The notes under the pieces: generated by a model
What the model was told of the DNA's origin: nothing
Database searches by the model: none
What the model saw: only the letters and a program-made list of their open reading frames with translations
Assembly (NCBI GenBank): GCA_000934665.2
Contig: JYFJ02003870.1
Coordinates: 1-37,711, forward strand
Reading direction: 5' to 3'
Source: Catajapyx aquilonaris
Lineage: Eukaryota
DNA: 37,711 nucleotides
In this document: piece after piece, positions 35,676-37,711 of the stretch
Numbering within the stretch: the stretch's first letter is position 1
Layout: each line of letters starts with the position of its first letter
Made by a program: the position numbers and the translations under genes

Positions 35676-36179
35676 TATATGAGGTGGTAAACAACAACTG
35701 ACGTTGCTAGGTTATGACATCATGAACAAATGAGGTAATGACGGGAAAAATAAGGGGGGGAAAATTCATAACGTCTATCTCGTAGCAGGTGGAAATGTCA
35801 GGTTTTGAATAGAGATCCGCACCATCCTACTGCACATTCGGCCCTTTGACGAAGAAACAGAATGCCGAATAGTTATTGAGAAAAAAAATTGACACAAATT
35901 TTTTAGTGGTTTTAAATTTTTTGCAGCGTTTTGAAGAGGAATTGGGTTTACTGTAAATGGTAGGAATGCACTTCACGGCCGTGGGGATATGTGTTCAAAA
36001 TTTCGAAGCTCTATCTTTTGTGTAAATTGAGTTAGGGCGAAATAAAAAAACCTAACAACAAGTTGAAAAAATTCATTGTTGAAATCTATGCTACGGTCTT
36101 ACTTAAGGGCTCCCGCCCTTAAAATAGGCCACACTTTACAGTATGTTCTTTTCAATTACAGTGTGGCAATAATCATGTA

Positions 36180-37443
36180 CGAGGGTTGTAAATAAAATAG
36201 TGGCAGGGGAGGCGGAGTGGTGCTGCAGTAACGTATGCGCCCACGGATGTTAAGGTCCCGGGTTCGATCCCAGCCCGGGGACACCCCCTTCAGCTCGTGC
36301 AGAGTTCAGGGTCACCTCTGGCTTCGTCTCGGGTGGTATTTCCTACAGACTAAACCACTAAAAATGGCCACATAAAGACATTGCACTGCACCTTGCACAT
36401 TCCCTCCTGTCATCCTGCCCGTGGGCCCAGGCGCTTCAATAATTAGGTTCCAAATATGTACATCGTACAAATAAAGGTCCGTGCTACATGCCGAGAAGGC
36501 CAAGCACTACCTGGATATTATTATTATTATTAATTATTATTATTATTATTATTATTATTAAAATAGTGGCAACTACTTAATTACTGCGGACTGGAAATAC
36601 ATGGCAGGTTCAAACTTTCCGAGTCCTTCAATGTAGTCACCAGCGTTGTATAACACCTGTTCTGTGTTGCCAGCGATGTGTAAGTCGGAGGATGCCGTTG
36701 GCAGCCCTGGTTTGGTTGATGGTTCGTATAGAGCGGTCTAAAGTGTGAAGAAGGTCTGCAATAGTCTTGAAACAAATTTCGCGAAGAGGTTCCTTAATTT
36801 CCGAAATCAAGTCAAGTCACAGTGGCTTATGTCAGGCAAGTTGTGCAGGTGGTAGAGTACTTCCCAACCCAATCCAGTGAATAACTGATTCACAACTTCT
36901 GCAACATGCGGTCGAGCGTTGTCGTGCATAATGATGGGTGGATTCTGCAGAAAGTGATACCGCTTCTTCCTCAAAGCTGGCTGGAGATAGTGCCTGCCGC
37001 ACTGTCTAACTCACTAACTGTCCACCTCTGATCATTCTCCATCAATGCGTAAACAGCAGCCACATGTTCCTCACTTGCACTTGGACATACGGGCCAGGTG
37101 CTCATCTGTCATGTTTTGCCTTTCGTGATGGAAGTCTTTTACCCACCTTGCAACCGTTCTGTATGGCAATGTATGTTCCCCACACGTCTCTAGAAGCCCT
37201 TCATGACAACTTAGCAATTTTTAACCAGCACCTTTGCTCGAATGAGGAAAACATTGCCTTCAGACAGGGTGATCGCAACTGCTCACATTATACTCTTTAC
37301 TGCGCATGCTTATGCAGAGGTGGGACAATAGCATTATGCCCTGAGGTTAGATCCAGACCCAACCTATCTGTGGAATAAGTGGCGTAAACTTCCTACATTT
37401 CACTGATCTCTAAGATGCGTTGCTACTATATTTTATCTCTCTT
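36180..37443 (-). mobile_element. Degenerate mariner element with a nested SINE
   Basis: Minus-strand relics LPYRTVARWVK, IIMHDNARPH..GWEVL, PDIS.CD. Left end TA|CGAGGG; right TIR degenerate. Confidence 0.85.
36206..36559 (+). mobile_element. tRNA-derived SINE, family B, with (ATT)n tail
   Basis: B box GGTTCGATCCC, TSD AAAATAGTGGCA at 36194-36205 and 36560-36571. Confidence 0.9.
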
Positions 37444-37711
37444 ATTTATCTTGCCTCATTAGCTATTTATATCTGATTTATCTTGCTGATATATACATAT
37501 AGGGTGAATACTGTAACTTGGGCAAAAATCACAGGGTGGGTAGTGTAGACCAAGACAAGTATTTTTGACATAGGAACCCATGTCCGGAAATGCCCCCGTA
37601 CGGTGGTACGGCTGTTTCCCGCACAATATTTGGATGCAGCCAAAGGCCTGAACAACAATGATCGTTGCGCCTGGTGGGTAGGCAACCGTGTCAAGTGCCG
37701 ATGGGAGGATT

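Overview
Repeat-rich animal genomic DNA, probably arthropod judging from the SINE types (inference). It contains three host gene segments. (1) The last five coding exons of an Arkadia-type (RNF111/RNF165) RING-H2 E3 ligase lie on the minus strand at 31191->27737. (2) A phase-consistent six-exon minus-strand gene at 18484->5818 encodes about 502 aa with a FAM47-like C-terminus. (3) A single plus-strand NOL12-like exon at 10853-11014 sits antisense inside an intron of gene 2. The rest is layered mobile DNA: a hAT transposase 3' end, a LINE RT relic, a Helitron PIF1-helicase relic, several Tc1/mariner relics (two built from two inverted 3' ends), many MITE/foldback elements, and four tRNA-derived SINE families that share modules. 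There is also an orphan USP-type deubiquitinase C-terminal fragment next to duplicated exon-intron units, and a 99-bp in-frame tandem repeat. No prokaryotic-type system or CRISPR array is supported. Family assignments come from motif recognition by eye, with no database search. Three single Ns in homopolymers mark likely assembly joins.
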